Shown here piece after piece: positions 55,803-64,000 of a stretch of DNA of 64,000 nucleotides. The notes below the pieces were generated by a model. That model saw only the letters and a program-made list of their open reading frames with translations. It did no database searches and was not told the origin of the DNA. The position numbers were made by a program, and so were the translations under genes. This stretch comes from Odoribacter sp. (GTDB lineage: Bacteria > Bacteroidota > Bacteroidia > Bacteroidales > Prolixibacteraceae): positions 17,209-81,208 of the forward strand of contig PNOH01000019.1 in assembly GCA_013824715.1 (NCBI GenBank), in the 5' to 3' direction. The stretch's first letter is position 1, and every line of letters starts with the position of its first letter.

Positions 55803-56357
55803 ATGGCCAAAGAAACTGATATACCTTTACCCGTTCGGTTTAATCCTTTCAAGCACCACCGGAATTACATTCTAAGTGTTCTCGAAAGTTCCACTCCGGA
55901 AATGATCATTAACCTGCTTGATCAGGTATGCAACAATTATATAGATATCTACACCGGTGCGATGACACCCGAAGCCATCAGCGAAGCTGTGATTGAAATC
56001 TTAAAATCGAATCAGGTTTTTCGGGAAGATGATTTCAGTCCTTGGGTCGATTCAAAAAACGGATACCGGCAAATCAAACTGGCGGATCGTTCTGTTTGGG
56101 TAGTACGTAAAAGCAATGAAGTTGAGCGTTATATCCACCTGCATCCTGCAAGGGAAGGACCATTCACTATCCGTTTCAAAGGTTCGACCTTGAAAACCGC
56201 ATACATTTTAAAGACCAATTTTACAAGTCTTCAGGAATCACTTTCACTGGGAAAAGTTAACCGGGCGAGGATGCAAATAAGCCTTTCCCCAGTAAAAAAA
56301 CTGGAACGAGGCAAAGGCATCTTAAACTGTTACGAGAAGTTTTTTTCTCAGGAATGA
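55803..56357 (+). CDS. Hypothetical 184-aa protein
   Basis: ATG at 55803 (the track's GTG is at 55800). No motif recognised. Confidence 0.45.
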   Translation: MAKETDIPLPVRFNPFKHHRNYILSVLESSTPEMIINLLDQVCNNYIDIYTGAMTPEAISEAVIEILKSNQVFREDDFSPWVDSKNGYRQIKLADRSVWVVRKSNEVERYIHLHPAREGPFTIRFKGSTLKTAYILKTNFTSLQESLSLGKVNRARMQISLSPVKKLERGKGILNCYEKFFSQE

Positions 56358-56476
56358 AAAATGTTGGCTTTGCAAGATGAACCTGTGATTATAGACATTC
56401 CGTACAAAAGCCGGGGCCTCATTCCTGAAATACACTTCCCGGCCAAAAAGGATTCAATTATCTGAAGTAAATAGCT

Positions 56477-57265
56477 ATGAACCAGGTCTGTTTTCGCTTT
56501 TATGAAGAGTTAAACAATTTCCTGCCCAAAGAATTGCACAAGGTTTGGTTTGAATGTCGTTGTGAAATTGGAACTTCGGTCGGCGAAAAAATTCAATCGT
56601 TAGGAATTCCTTTGGAAAACATCGACTTAATCCTGGTCAACCAGCAATCAAAAAGATTTGACTATATACTGCAAGATGGTGACCGGATATCAGTGTACCC
56701 CGTATTTGAATTGTTTGATCTTTCAGGAATCAGTCAGCTAAGGGAAAAACCGCTCCGGAATCCGAGGTTTATTTGCGACGTTCATTTGGGGCGGCTATGT
56801 AAATACTTACGCATGCTTGGTTTGGATACACTGTATTCAAATCAATATAACCGGGAAGAAATGATCAGAATTTCACGACAGGAAAAACGTATTCTCCTTT
56901 CCCGAAGTTATCAACTGATCCGGCACAAGGAAGTTACACATGCCTATTGGATCAGGTCAGCAGAACCTTTGGAGCAGATCATTGACCTGATTCGTAAACT
57001 GGATTTATCCGGGTTGGCCGATCCTTTAATCCGATGCCTGAACTGTAATGACAGACTCTTGACGGTTGAGAAGCAGGAAATTCTCCATCGCCTGCAAGCC
57101 CTGACAGCAAAGTACTACACCGAATTTTTCAAATGTGCCGCCTGTGATCAAATCTACTGGAAAGGGTCACATTTTGAAAATATGCTTGAATTTATCTATC
57201 GTCACCTGCAGAAAGATTTGCCGATCAAACCGCTTACCCATGAAACTGATCCCGATAATAGTTGA
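56477..57265 (+). CDS. Mut7-C RNase-domain protein (N-terminal ubiquitin-like beta-grasp, PIN-like domain, Zn ribbon)
   Basis: N-terminal ...DGDRISVYPVFE (ThiS/MoaD-like). RFICDVHLGRLCKYLRMLGLDT is the Mut7-C signature. Cys pairs CLNCN...CAACDQIYWKGSH. Confidence 0.8.
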   Translation: MNQVCFRFYEELNNFLPKELHKVWFECRCEIGTSVGEKIQSLGIPLENIDLILVNQQSKRFDYILQDGDRISVYPVFELFDLSGISQLREKPLRNPRFICDVHLGRLCKYLRMLGLDTLYSNQYNREEMIRISRQEKRILLSRSYQLIRHKEVTHAYWIRSAEPLEQIIDLIRKLDLSGLADPLIRCLNCNDRLLTVEKQEILHRLQALTAKYYTEFFKCAACDQIYWKGSHFENMLEFIYRHLQKDLPIKPLTHETDPDNS

Positions 57266-57512
57266 ATGCCACTCCGGCTACAAAGCCGATGAATATCCAG
57301 TATGTTTTTATTGGGCGAATATCCGGTTTGAAATCAAGGAAATAGCTGATCGCTGGTATCAAACCCAGATAACGCCCGACGGACCAGTTGCCAATTATTT
57401 TAAAGTTCGCGCCGCCGGTAATGCAGAATACATCATCAAGCATGAACTGAAAAATGACCTGTGGTTTTTAGTCTCACCAGTTGAGCCGATCATCCGGTTT
57501 TCATCCAATTAA
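57240..57512 (+). CDS. Hypothetical 90-aa protein overlapping the Mut7-C gene end by 26 nt
   Basis: ATG at 57240 (M36 of track ORF 57135..57512), giving MKLIPIIVECHSGYKADEYP.... No motif recognised. Confidence 0.45.
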   Translation: MKLIPIIVECHSGYKADEYPVCFYWANIRFEIKEIADRWYQTQITPDGPVANYFKVRAAGNAEYIIKHELKNDLWFLVSPVEPIIRFSSN

Positions 57513-57534
57513 TATAATACAAAGTACCAACAAA

Positions 57535-58242
57535 TTATTCTTTAATTTTTTGATTGAAGAAGTAGCTGAATGATAAAATCAACGCTGAATCAAAGTTTAA
57601 CGTTTTTGTGTGTGATGTAGAATAATTCGAAGTATTAATGGGTTTTTCTCTAGTATGCTGAAACTTCACAAGGAGGTTGATCTTGAATTTTGAAATTATT
57701 GAATACGACGCGCCGGTAGCTCCACATAAATAGAATTGGTCTCTCCGCTCAATCCGCTTATAATGTGCACCTCCTGGTGAAGTCTCACTAGTTGACATTT
57801 GGGACAACCCGAATCCAATACCACCTTCAATGAATGGGGTAACCTTGTTGTTGCCAAAATACTTTCTGGCAAAAACCCCATAAAGTTCTGTCCTGTAACT
57901 GTCTTTCGAATTGGATGAGTATGTCAAGGTATTCCTGCGATACCTAAAATCGAGTCCAACAACAAAATTTCTGAAAAGAAAGTAACCTAATCGTGGAGCC
58001 AGAGAGTAGTTCATTGTTTTATATGAGTCCCAGAATTTTTCTTCTCCTGTAAGGTAATACCTGGTAAAATAATCACTGGTTCCCAATGAAATTCCAAAGC
58101 CTTCGGTAAAAGGTTTTGAATCATAGTCCCAATCTCCTAACAGATTAATTCCCCCTTCCAGCATAAAAGTGCCTTTTTTGATCTGGGCCGATAAACATAA
58201 ATGAGTGGAAATTAATAACGCTAGCAATAGTACCTGTTTCAT
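57535..58242 (-). CDS. Outer-membrane beta-barrel (porin-family/OmpA-barrel-like) protein
   Basis: Signal peptide. Alternating aromatic beta-strand pattern. 235 aa. Confidence 0.6.
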   Translation of the reverse strand: MKQVLLLALLISTHLCLSAQIKKGTFMLEGGINLLGDWDYDSKPFTEGFGISLGTSDYFTRYYLTGEEKFWDSYKTMNYSLAPRLGYFLFRNFVVGLDFRYRRNTLTYSSNSKDSYRTELYGVFARKYFGNNKVTPFIEGGIGFGLSQMSTSETSPGGAHYKRIERRDQFYLCGATGASYSIISKFKINLLVKFQHTREKPINTSNYSTSHTKTLNFDSALILSFSYFFNQKIKE

Positions 58243-58347
58243 GGCTGGTTATTTTATTTTCACTAAATTAAACATAAATTATTCTACAACAAGCCAAATG
58301 GAAAGAAACTTTTTCTGTCTGGATTTAATCTGACATCTTAATAATAT

Positions 58348-60036
58348 TTATTTCCCCACTTTTGGCAACTCAAGCACCTGTCCCCGTTCCAGCAGTTTTT
58401 CTTTTAATGCTTTGTAAGGAATATCCTGAACGGCATGATCAATATCAATGGCTTTGTAGGCAGCAATGGCAGCCGACTGCCCGAGTATCATAAACACAGG
58501 CTCCATACGGATAGAGCCGAAAGCAATGTGACTCGACGACACACAAACCGGAACCAACAAGTTCTGGCATTCTTCACGCTTTGGAATGATTGAACCATAC
58601 GAAATGGCATACGGTGCTTGAGGATGAACGCCCACATCGCCTTCGTTCTGCACATATCCTTCGGACGTAACATAGCGCTGTGCATTGTGCGAATCCATGG
58701 CATACGAACCCATTCCAACCGGGCTGGGAACCTCGCTTTTGGCCAGCACATCGTTTTCGGTCGAAACATAAACACCCAGCATGCGCCGTGATTCGCGGAT
58801 GTACAACTGCCACGGCCAGTTTCCGTTATCCGTAAATTCGTCCTTCGCCAAGCCCCATGTTTGCATTTCTTCCTGAATTTTTTTCGGAACACGGGGATCA
58901 TTCGCCACGAAATACAGCAATCCTTTTTGGTAATCTTCGTGCGCTTTAATAATCTCCTTCCGGCGTTCGTACGAAGCTTCAGGATAATCGTAATTCATGC
59001 CGATATAATCCATGCTGAAAGGACCGTGGTTGTTGGTGTCGGTTTTCCGGTTCGGAATCAGGTCGAATTTGCCAAACCATTCGCGCCATCCGGCATCAAA
59101 CACACGGGCGAGCAATTCATAGTTTGCCGGATTATAATTCACAGGTTTCTGAAAAGGAACGCGATTATCCGGGTGGTTGCTCATGCACAAACGAAAACAG
59201 TAGGCCTGAATTTTATGGTCTCCGGTGCAGTTGGCAGCAATGGTGTCAGGAGAAATACCGTACAGCAAACCACTTTCAGGCTTTCCGGGTGTTTTGTACG
59301 GATCGATTTGATTTTTGAAAAAATGGCCATGATGCCGTGCATCGGCCTGAACGCCGTTCCAGGTTTCATTGTATTCCGAACAGGCTTCGCGGCCAACATG
59401 ATACGACACACCGGCAGCAGCCATCAAATCGCCTTCATAAGTGGCATCAATAAACATTTTTCCTGAAAAAGTCTTTCCTGAAAGGGTTTTTATTGATTTG
59501 ATTTTCGCGTTTTTCATGACTACTCCGGAAGATCGGTCGAGCCATTCGCCTCGCAAAACAGTAATCTTATTTTCAGCAATTAAGTCTTCAAAAACCTGTT
59601 CTGCCACATGTGGCTCGAAAATCCACATGGTTCGGTTTTCTCCGTCCATAGCCACCGTTCCCTGTCCTTTGTTGCCATATTCCGAGTGCTTTTGCCATTT
59701 CCATGAAGCCGAATCATTGTAGTGCAACCAAACCCTGTGGTAAAACTCGCGCGACAGTCCGCCAATGGTCGTTTTATTTCCGGTATCGGTATAACCCAAT
59801 CCGCCCGAAGACAATCCACCCAAATGCGTATCGGGCGATACCACCAATACTGTTTTATCCGACCGGACCGCCTCAACAGCAGCCGTTACAGCAGCCGAAG
59901 TTCCGCCATAGATAATGATGTCGGCTGAATATTCGTTGGGATTGCCTTGTTTGTTTTGGCATCCGATGAAAAGAAATATAACGGCCACCAGTGAGCAAAA
60001 GCCAAAAGTTCGAATTGACCGAAAAAGTTTGTTCAT
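58348..60036 (-). CDS. FAD-dependent oxidoreductase (FAD_oxidored family), secreted or lipoprotein
   Basis: Lipobox ...FIGC. Dinucleotide-binding IIIYGGTSAAVTAAVEA...GGLSSGG. Confidence 0.75.
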   Translation of the reverse strand: MNKLFRSIRTFGFCSLVAVIFLFIGCQNKQGNPNEYSADIIIYGGTSAAVTAAVEAVRSDKTVLVVSPDTHLGGLSSGGLGYTDTGNKTTIGGLSREFYHRVWLHYNDSASWKWQKHSEYGNKGQGTVAMDGENRTMWIFEPHVAEQVFEDLIAENKITVLRGEWLDRSSGVVMKNAKIKSIKTLSGKTFSGKMFIDATYEGDLMAAAGVSYHVGREACSEYNETWNGVQADARHHGHFFKNQIDPYKTPGKPESGLLYGISPDTIAANCTGDHKIQAYCFRLCMSNHPDNRVPFQKPVNYNPANYELLARVFDAGWREWFGKFDLIPNRKTDTNNHGPFSMDYIGMNYDYPEASYERRKEIIKAHEDYQKGLLYFVANDPRVPKKIQEEMQTWGLAKDEFTDNGNWPWQLYIRESRRMLGVYVSTENDVLAKSEVPSPVGMGSYAMDSHNAQRYVTSEGYVQNEGDVGVHPQAPYAISYGSIIPKREECQNLLVPVCVSSSHIAFGSIRMEPVFMILGQSAAIAAYKAIDIDHAVQDIPYKALKEKLLERGQVLELPKVGK

Positions 60037-60242
60037 GGTTATTGGTTTTTAGGTTTATAAATTAGTCATCCGATGAATTTATAATTGACTGATTAACAAA
60101 CTAAAAACATGAATGTCTTTTGCAAAACATTCATCGGATGACTTTTCGGAGTGGCTTCAATATTTGAGTGTGAAAAATAGGCAAAAAAACCGATTATTGT
60201 CAGTCAAAAAACCTGATCTTCGCAATCTGATTTCAATGAAAA

Positions 60243-61337
60243 ATGGCACAAAGCAAATTCAGAAAAATATTCTTCGGCTGGGCTGCCTTACCGATCTGGC
60301 TGGCGCTGGCGACTTTCGGCCTTACTGAATTATTTGCCCGGTTTCCGATGGTTACCGAAACCGTTTATTCACAGGTGCTCTATCCACCAGTTGCTTTCAT
60401 TCTTTCATTCCTGAGCAAATGGTTTTCATTTTCGCTGGATGATGCTTTTTATGGACTTTTGGCTGTTTTTCTGGTTGGGCTATTGATTTTGACGATCTTC
60501 CGAAAAATAAAACCCGGCAAGTTCATTCTGATCGTTGTGCAAACGATGGCTGTTTGTTATGTGCTTTTTTATTGGTTCTGGGGTTTTAATTATTACCGGG
60601 CCGGCATTAATCAGCGGCTTCAGATTACCAAATCGAAGCCTGATACCGTTAAGTTTGTGCAGGTGTTCGAAAACCTGATTGCCCAAACAAATGCGTCGTA
60701 TTGTAAGTTCGACAGCTTTTCAAAAGCCGAAATCACTGCCTTGGTCGAATCTTCCTATCAAAAACACGCTTCATTCCTGAAGATCAATTATCCACATGGA
60801 ACACGGATTCCGAAACCCATCACACTCAGTTCATTTTTTGCCAAAGCTTCCATTGCCGGTTATTACGGGCCATTTTTCGGCGAAGTACACCTGAACGATA
60901 GCTTACTTTTGGTTGAATATCCGCAGGTATTGGCACACGAATTTGCCCATCAGTTTGGAATTACCAGCGAGGCCGAAGCAAACTTCTATGGATGGCTTGT
61001 TTGTTCCAGGAGCGATTCAAAACAGCTTCAATACAGCGCCAACATGAACATGTTAAACTATTTTTTATCGCAGTCGAAACACTTGCGCAGTTTCCCAAAA
61101 CTTGTGAGTCAAATCAGCAAACCGGTGATCGGTGATATCCGGAAAGTTCAGAAACACTGGGCAAACATGCGGAATGAAAGAATTGACAAAGCTGCAGGAA
61201 AAGTGAACGATGTCTATCTGAAAACCAATAAAATCGAGAAAGGCATCGAAGATTATTTCGGGGTCGTTCAGTTTGTGATGGATTTTGAAACCGATTTGGT
61301 GGCGCAGAAGAGAGTGGGCAGTCACAGTTGGCAGTGA
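60243..61337 (+). CDS. DUF3810-like membrane zinc-metalloprotease-like protein
   Basis: Several N-terminal TM helices. HExxH motif LAHEFAHQFG. 364 aa. Confidence 0.6.
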   Translation: MAQSKFRKIFFGWAALPIWLALATFGLTELFARFPMVTETVYSQVLYPPVAFILSFLSKWFSFSLDDAFYGLLAVFLVGLLILTIFRKIKPGKFILIVVQTMAVCYVLFYWFWGFNYYRAGINQRLQITKSKPDTVKFVQVFENLIAQTNASYCKFDSFSKAEITALVESSYQKHASFLKINYPHGTRIPKPITLSSFFAKASIAGYYGPFFGEVHLNDSLLLVEYPQVLAHEFAHQFGITSEAEANFYGWLVCSRSDSKQLQYSANMNMLNYFLSQSKHLRSFPKLVSQISKPVIGDIRKVQKHWANMRNERIDKAAGKVNDVYLKTNKIEKGIEDYFGVVQFVMDFETDLVAQKRVGSHSWQ

Positions 61338-61389
61338 TAAAAAATGGACATACTGAACACTGTGACTGAACACTGACCACTTTTTCCTA
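61319..61389. repeat. CAGT/CTGA-word hairpin element, copy 2
   Basis: CAGTCACAGT (61319-28, inside the last codons GSHSWQ of the DUF3810-like gene) pairs with ACTGTGACTG (61359-68). The tail is 35/37 identical to 16479-16515. Confidence 0.75.
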
Positions 61390-61418
61390 CTTTTATCCTG
61401 ATATCCAAAACATAGATC

Positions 61419-62243
61419 ATGCAATTACATGCTATTCATGCAGGAAACTTCAGTTGCGATGGCGGCGCTCTTTTCGGTGTTATCCCGAAACCATTGTGGT
61501 CGAAAGCTTATCCGGCTGATGAAAATAACGTGACTAAATTAACCATGCGCTGCCTGCTGGTTGATCTGGGCGAACGTAAAATCCTGATCGAAGCCGGGGT
61601 TGGAAATCATTACCCGGAGAAAGTGCGCCAAAACAACGGGCACGAAGAAACTGATGCAATTGAAAAATCTTTGGTTGAAAAAGGTTATTCGGCTGAAGAC
61701 ATTACTGATGTGCTGTTTACCCATTTGCATTGGGACCACTGCAATGGCGCGGTACTCAGCGAAAACGGGCAATTGAAACTTCAGTTTCCGAATGCGACAC
61801 ACTGGTGCAGCAAACAGCAATGGGAACATTCCACAATTTCGAACATCCGTGAACGGGCTGCCTATTATCCTGAAATCCTGAATTTTCTGAAAACAGAAGG
61901 AAACATGCAGTTAGTTGAAGGAGATTGTGAACTTTTCCCCGGAATTTCTGTCCGAATGTTCGGCGGACATACGCCCGGACAGATGATTCCATTTATCAAT
62001 TCAGGAGAAAGGACTTACGTTTATATGGCTGATCTGATTCCAACAGCAGCAAATATCCCGATTGTATGGCTGGCAGCCTACGATTTGTACCCTGTAACCG
62101 CGATGGAAGAAAAAGAAAATTTCCTGAAGGAAGTGGCAGAAAAGAATTACATACTGTTTTTCGAACATGATTTTTACACCGAATGTGCCACGGTTGAATG
62201 GACTGAAAAGGGTGCGAGGGTGAAGGAAAAGTTTAGATTTTAA
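61419..62243 (+). CDS. MBL-fold metallo-hydrolase
   Basis: THLHWDHCNG metal motif. 274 aa. Confidence 0.8.
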   Translation: MQLHAIHAGNFSCDGGALFGVIPKPLWSKAYPADENNVTKLTMRCLLVDLGERKILIEAGVGNHYPEKVRQNNGHEETDAIEKSLVEKGYSAEDITDVLFTHLHWDHCNGAVLSENGQLKLQFPNATHWCSKQQWEHSTISNIRERAAYYPEILNFLKTEGNMQLVEGDCELFPGISVRMFGGHTPGQMIPFINSGERTYVYMADLIPTAANIPIVWLAAYDLYPVTAMEEKENFLKEVAEKNYILFFEHDFYTECATVEWTEKGARVKEKFRF

Positions 62244-62304
62244 GCTACTGACGGGGTGACTTTAATGGTCACCCCGTCAGTATATTTATATAGGAATTGC
62301 CTGA

Positions 62305-63501
62305 TTACGACAACACTGACATTGCGGCTCCAATCAAATTGGCATTTTCAATGTGCGAAACCTGAACTTCGGTATCCAATCCGAGTTCTGAAATCAATTC
62401 TTTCAAGGTTGCATTAACGATATCAAGATATTTGGTATCATGGATTTTAACTTTGCTCCAGAACAAACTTCCTTCGGCCAATACCTGAACTTTTTTTACT
62501 GAAGGATATGCAGAATTAAGATTTATAACCAATCCTGCAAGTGAAGCAGCTACCAGTTTGGCAGAGCGCTCGTAAATCTGGAATGCGGTTTCGACATATT
62601 CCAACTTAAATTGTTCCGGATTGTTCATCATCTTACTCAAACCGGCCGCATCAAGGTTAACGTCCAATCCGTCGTTAGGGAAAACAGCGCGAAAGATACG
62701 ACCCAGGTACATACCCGAAATGGCTTTTTCGAAGCGCTGGAATCCTTTATTATCCGAGTTGGCATCGACCTCTTCATCAATTAATGTAAGATGCGGAGGA
62801 TTAAAATTACCTGATTCAAGATTGACAGGTGTTTCGCCTGACCAACCTTCCAAATCCTTAATTTTCGGGATATATTCTGAAGGGAAGAAAGTGGCCATAT
62901 TGGTTCCTGTTCCAACGATCAAACCAATGTAGGCATCATATCCCGGATTCATTAAACCTGCAAACAAGCTGGTGATGGTGTCGTTTACAACTGCAATTTT
63001 TCCAAAACTGCCATTGGTATTTTTATTCAGGTATTTAATCAGAGGTTCACCAATCGGATTTCCGGCCATTCCGGCAATATTAACTCCCTTGGTCCAAACG
63101 ATCAGTTCGGCATCGCCATTGAGGAGCGATTTGGCCGGATAAGAAAAACAATATCCGATAGGAGAATTTTTAGGAACCTTTAACTGATTAATGGTTACGG
63201 CCTGTGAATTATAAAGATCGTCTTCCGTAAATCCTTCCATTTTCATTTCGGTGATGTCTTTTTCGGCCATACCAGTGATTTTAGTTTCTTCGCCTACCGA
63301 AACCACTGCAGCACGAAAATTGGTGCCGCCCAAATCGAAAACGGTAGCTTCGCCACTGATGCCATCTTTTTTTGGATGAATGTAAGTTGGCAGGCACTTG
63401 ATTTCTGTTAAGTCTTTCCGTAGTCCGGCCTCAATTTTTGTTTTCAAATCGTTTGCTATTTCAAGCAATTGTTTATTCGACAAGGCAAATGGATTGATCA
63501 T
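62305..63501 (-). CDS. Hexokinase-family (eukaryote-type) sugar kinase
   Basis: ...ATVFDLGGTNFRAAVV... phosphate-1 motif and ...LIVGTGTNMA... motif of the hexokinase family. 398 aa. Confidence 0.7.
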   Translation of the reverse strand: MINPFALSNKQLLEIANDLKTKIEAGLRKDLTEIKCLPTYIHPKKDGISGEATVFDLGGTNFRAAVVSVGEETKITGMAEKDITEMKMEGFTEDDLYNSQAVTINQLKVPKNSPIGYCFSYPAKSLLNGDAELIVWTKGVNIAGMAGNPIGEPLIKYLNKNTNGSFGKIAVVNDTITSLFAGLMNPGYDAYIGLIVGTGTNMATFFPSEYIPKIKDLEGWSGETPVNLESGNFNPPHLTLIDEEVDANSDNKGFQRFEKAISGMYLGRIFRAVFPNDGLDVNLDAAGLSKMMNNPEQFKLEYVETAFQIYERSAKLVAASLAGLVINLNSAYPSVKKVQVLAEGSLFWSKVKIHDTKYLDIVNATLKELISELGLDTEVQVSHIENANLIGAAMSVLS

Positions 63502-63659
63502 GTTATTATTATTTGTTTATGTGGTTAATGGATAATTCCGGCTAAAAATAGAAAAATCCTCTCACATCAGCAAAAGGACTTTCGGGACTGATTATTTATT
63601 TGATTTCTTTTTCGAATATCCGTTTCCTTACCTAAAGAGATTTTTGCTCTGAAGGATAT

Positions 63660-63738
63660 GGTCATTGGATTGCCATTCGTTGTCATTTGTAGTCATTTGA
63701 GCTACAATAAATGACAACGAATGACCATTTAATGACTT
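63660..63738. repeat. GTCATT/AATGAC-word hairpin element
   Basis: CATTCGTTGTCATTT pairs with AAATGACAACGAATG (15 bp perfect). Extra GTCATT and AATGAC words sit on both sides. Confidence 0.65.
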
Positions 63739-63779
63739 ATTTTTTGAAATGAGGTAATATATCGGATACTCATTTCTTT

Positions 63780-64000
63780 TTACCTGCCAATCCTGAACGA
63801 CATCTTCAGGAGAAAGACATTGTAAGGTTTGTTATCGAACAAACTGGTCATATCGTTCCTGAAATCAAAATTTCCGTTTGAAATGGAATGATTGCGGGTT
63901 TGAGACCATACCAGATAAATAGTAGAACCTGGCAAATACTCCCAACGGACAACCATGTTCGATAAAAACTCTTTCACATTGAAATCGGGCTGGCCGAAGC
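63780..64000 (-). CDS. C-terminal fragment of a large protein (DUF5916-like), continuing beyond the window
   Basis: The frame is open to nt 64000. ...VVRWEYLPGSTIYLVWSQ...NVFLLKMSFRIGR resembles the conserved C-terminus of DUF5916-type proteins (from memory). Confidence 0.45.
   Translation of the reverse strand, partial: FGQPDFNVKEFLSNMVVRWEYLPGSTIYLVWSQTRNHSISNGNFDFRNDMTSLFDNKPYNVFLLKMSFRIGR

Noticed and set aside
1-64000. rRNA, tRNA, tmRNA, RNase P and SRP RNA genes
   Set aside because: I scanned all spacers longer than 150 nt by eye. The one candidate (3798-3968, GAAGGAAGC string) fits group II intron domains much better than SRP or RNase P. No cloverleaf-like or rRNA-like sequence was seen.

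Overview
This 64-kb chromosomal segment looks like a Bacteroidota genome. The evidence is a SusC/SusD pair, lipoprotein signal peptides, several TAnnTTTG -7 promoter boxes, Tat-signal Gfo/Idh/MocA plus DUF1080 proteins, and roughly 40% GC by eye. I saw no rRNA, tRNA or CRISPR array. There are about 60 protein genes, mostly housekeeping or envelope functions: glnS, folB, ribE, tsaC/sua5, cfa, a GH16 glucanase, TonB-dependent receptors, a sigma-54 two-component pair, an SPFH protein and a radical-SAM sulfatase maturase. Small accessory insertions are scattered among them. The items most worth follow-up are: (1) a ~170-nt internally deleted group IIC intron sitting just behind the susD terminator; (2) an HEPN/MNT toxin-antitoxin cassette bracketed by 82-bp direct repeats that duplicate the 3' end of an OsmC-family gene; (3) a diverged 5' remnant of a PIF1-like helicase gene and a dinD-like gene inserted in front of the intact helicase, next to a MazF-type pair; (4) a nickel-pincer cofactor locus (larE-larC-larB) with a NikR-like regulator that lacks 3 of the 4 canonical Ni ligands, facing an OMP + ECF Ni/Co importer operon, with no larA in the window; (5) a GxxExxY gene framed by a perfect 16-bp inverted repeat and TAATCTG word repeats; (6) several dispersed hairpin and word repeat families, some of which supply the last codons and stop of genes; (7) decayed genes, namely a sigma-54 regulator missing the start of its receiver domain and a DEAD-box helicase stub. 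All family calls come from motif recognition by eye. No searches were run.
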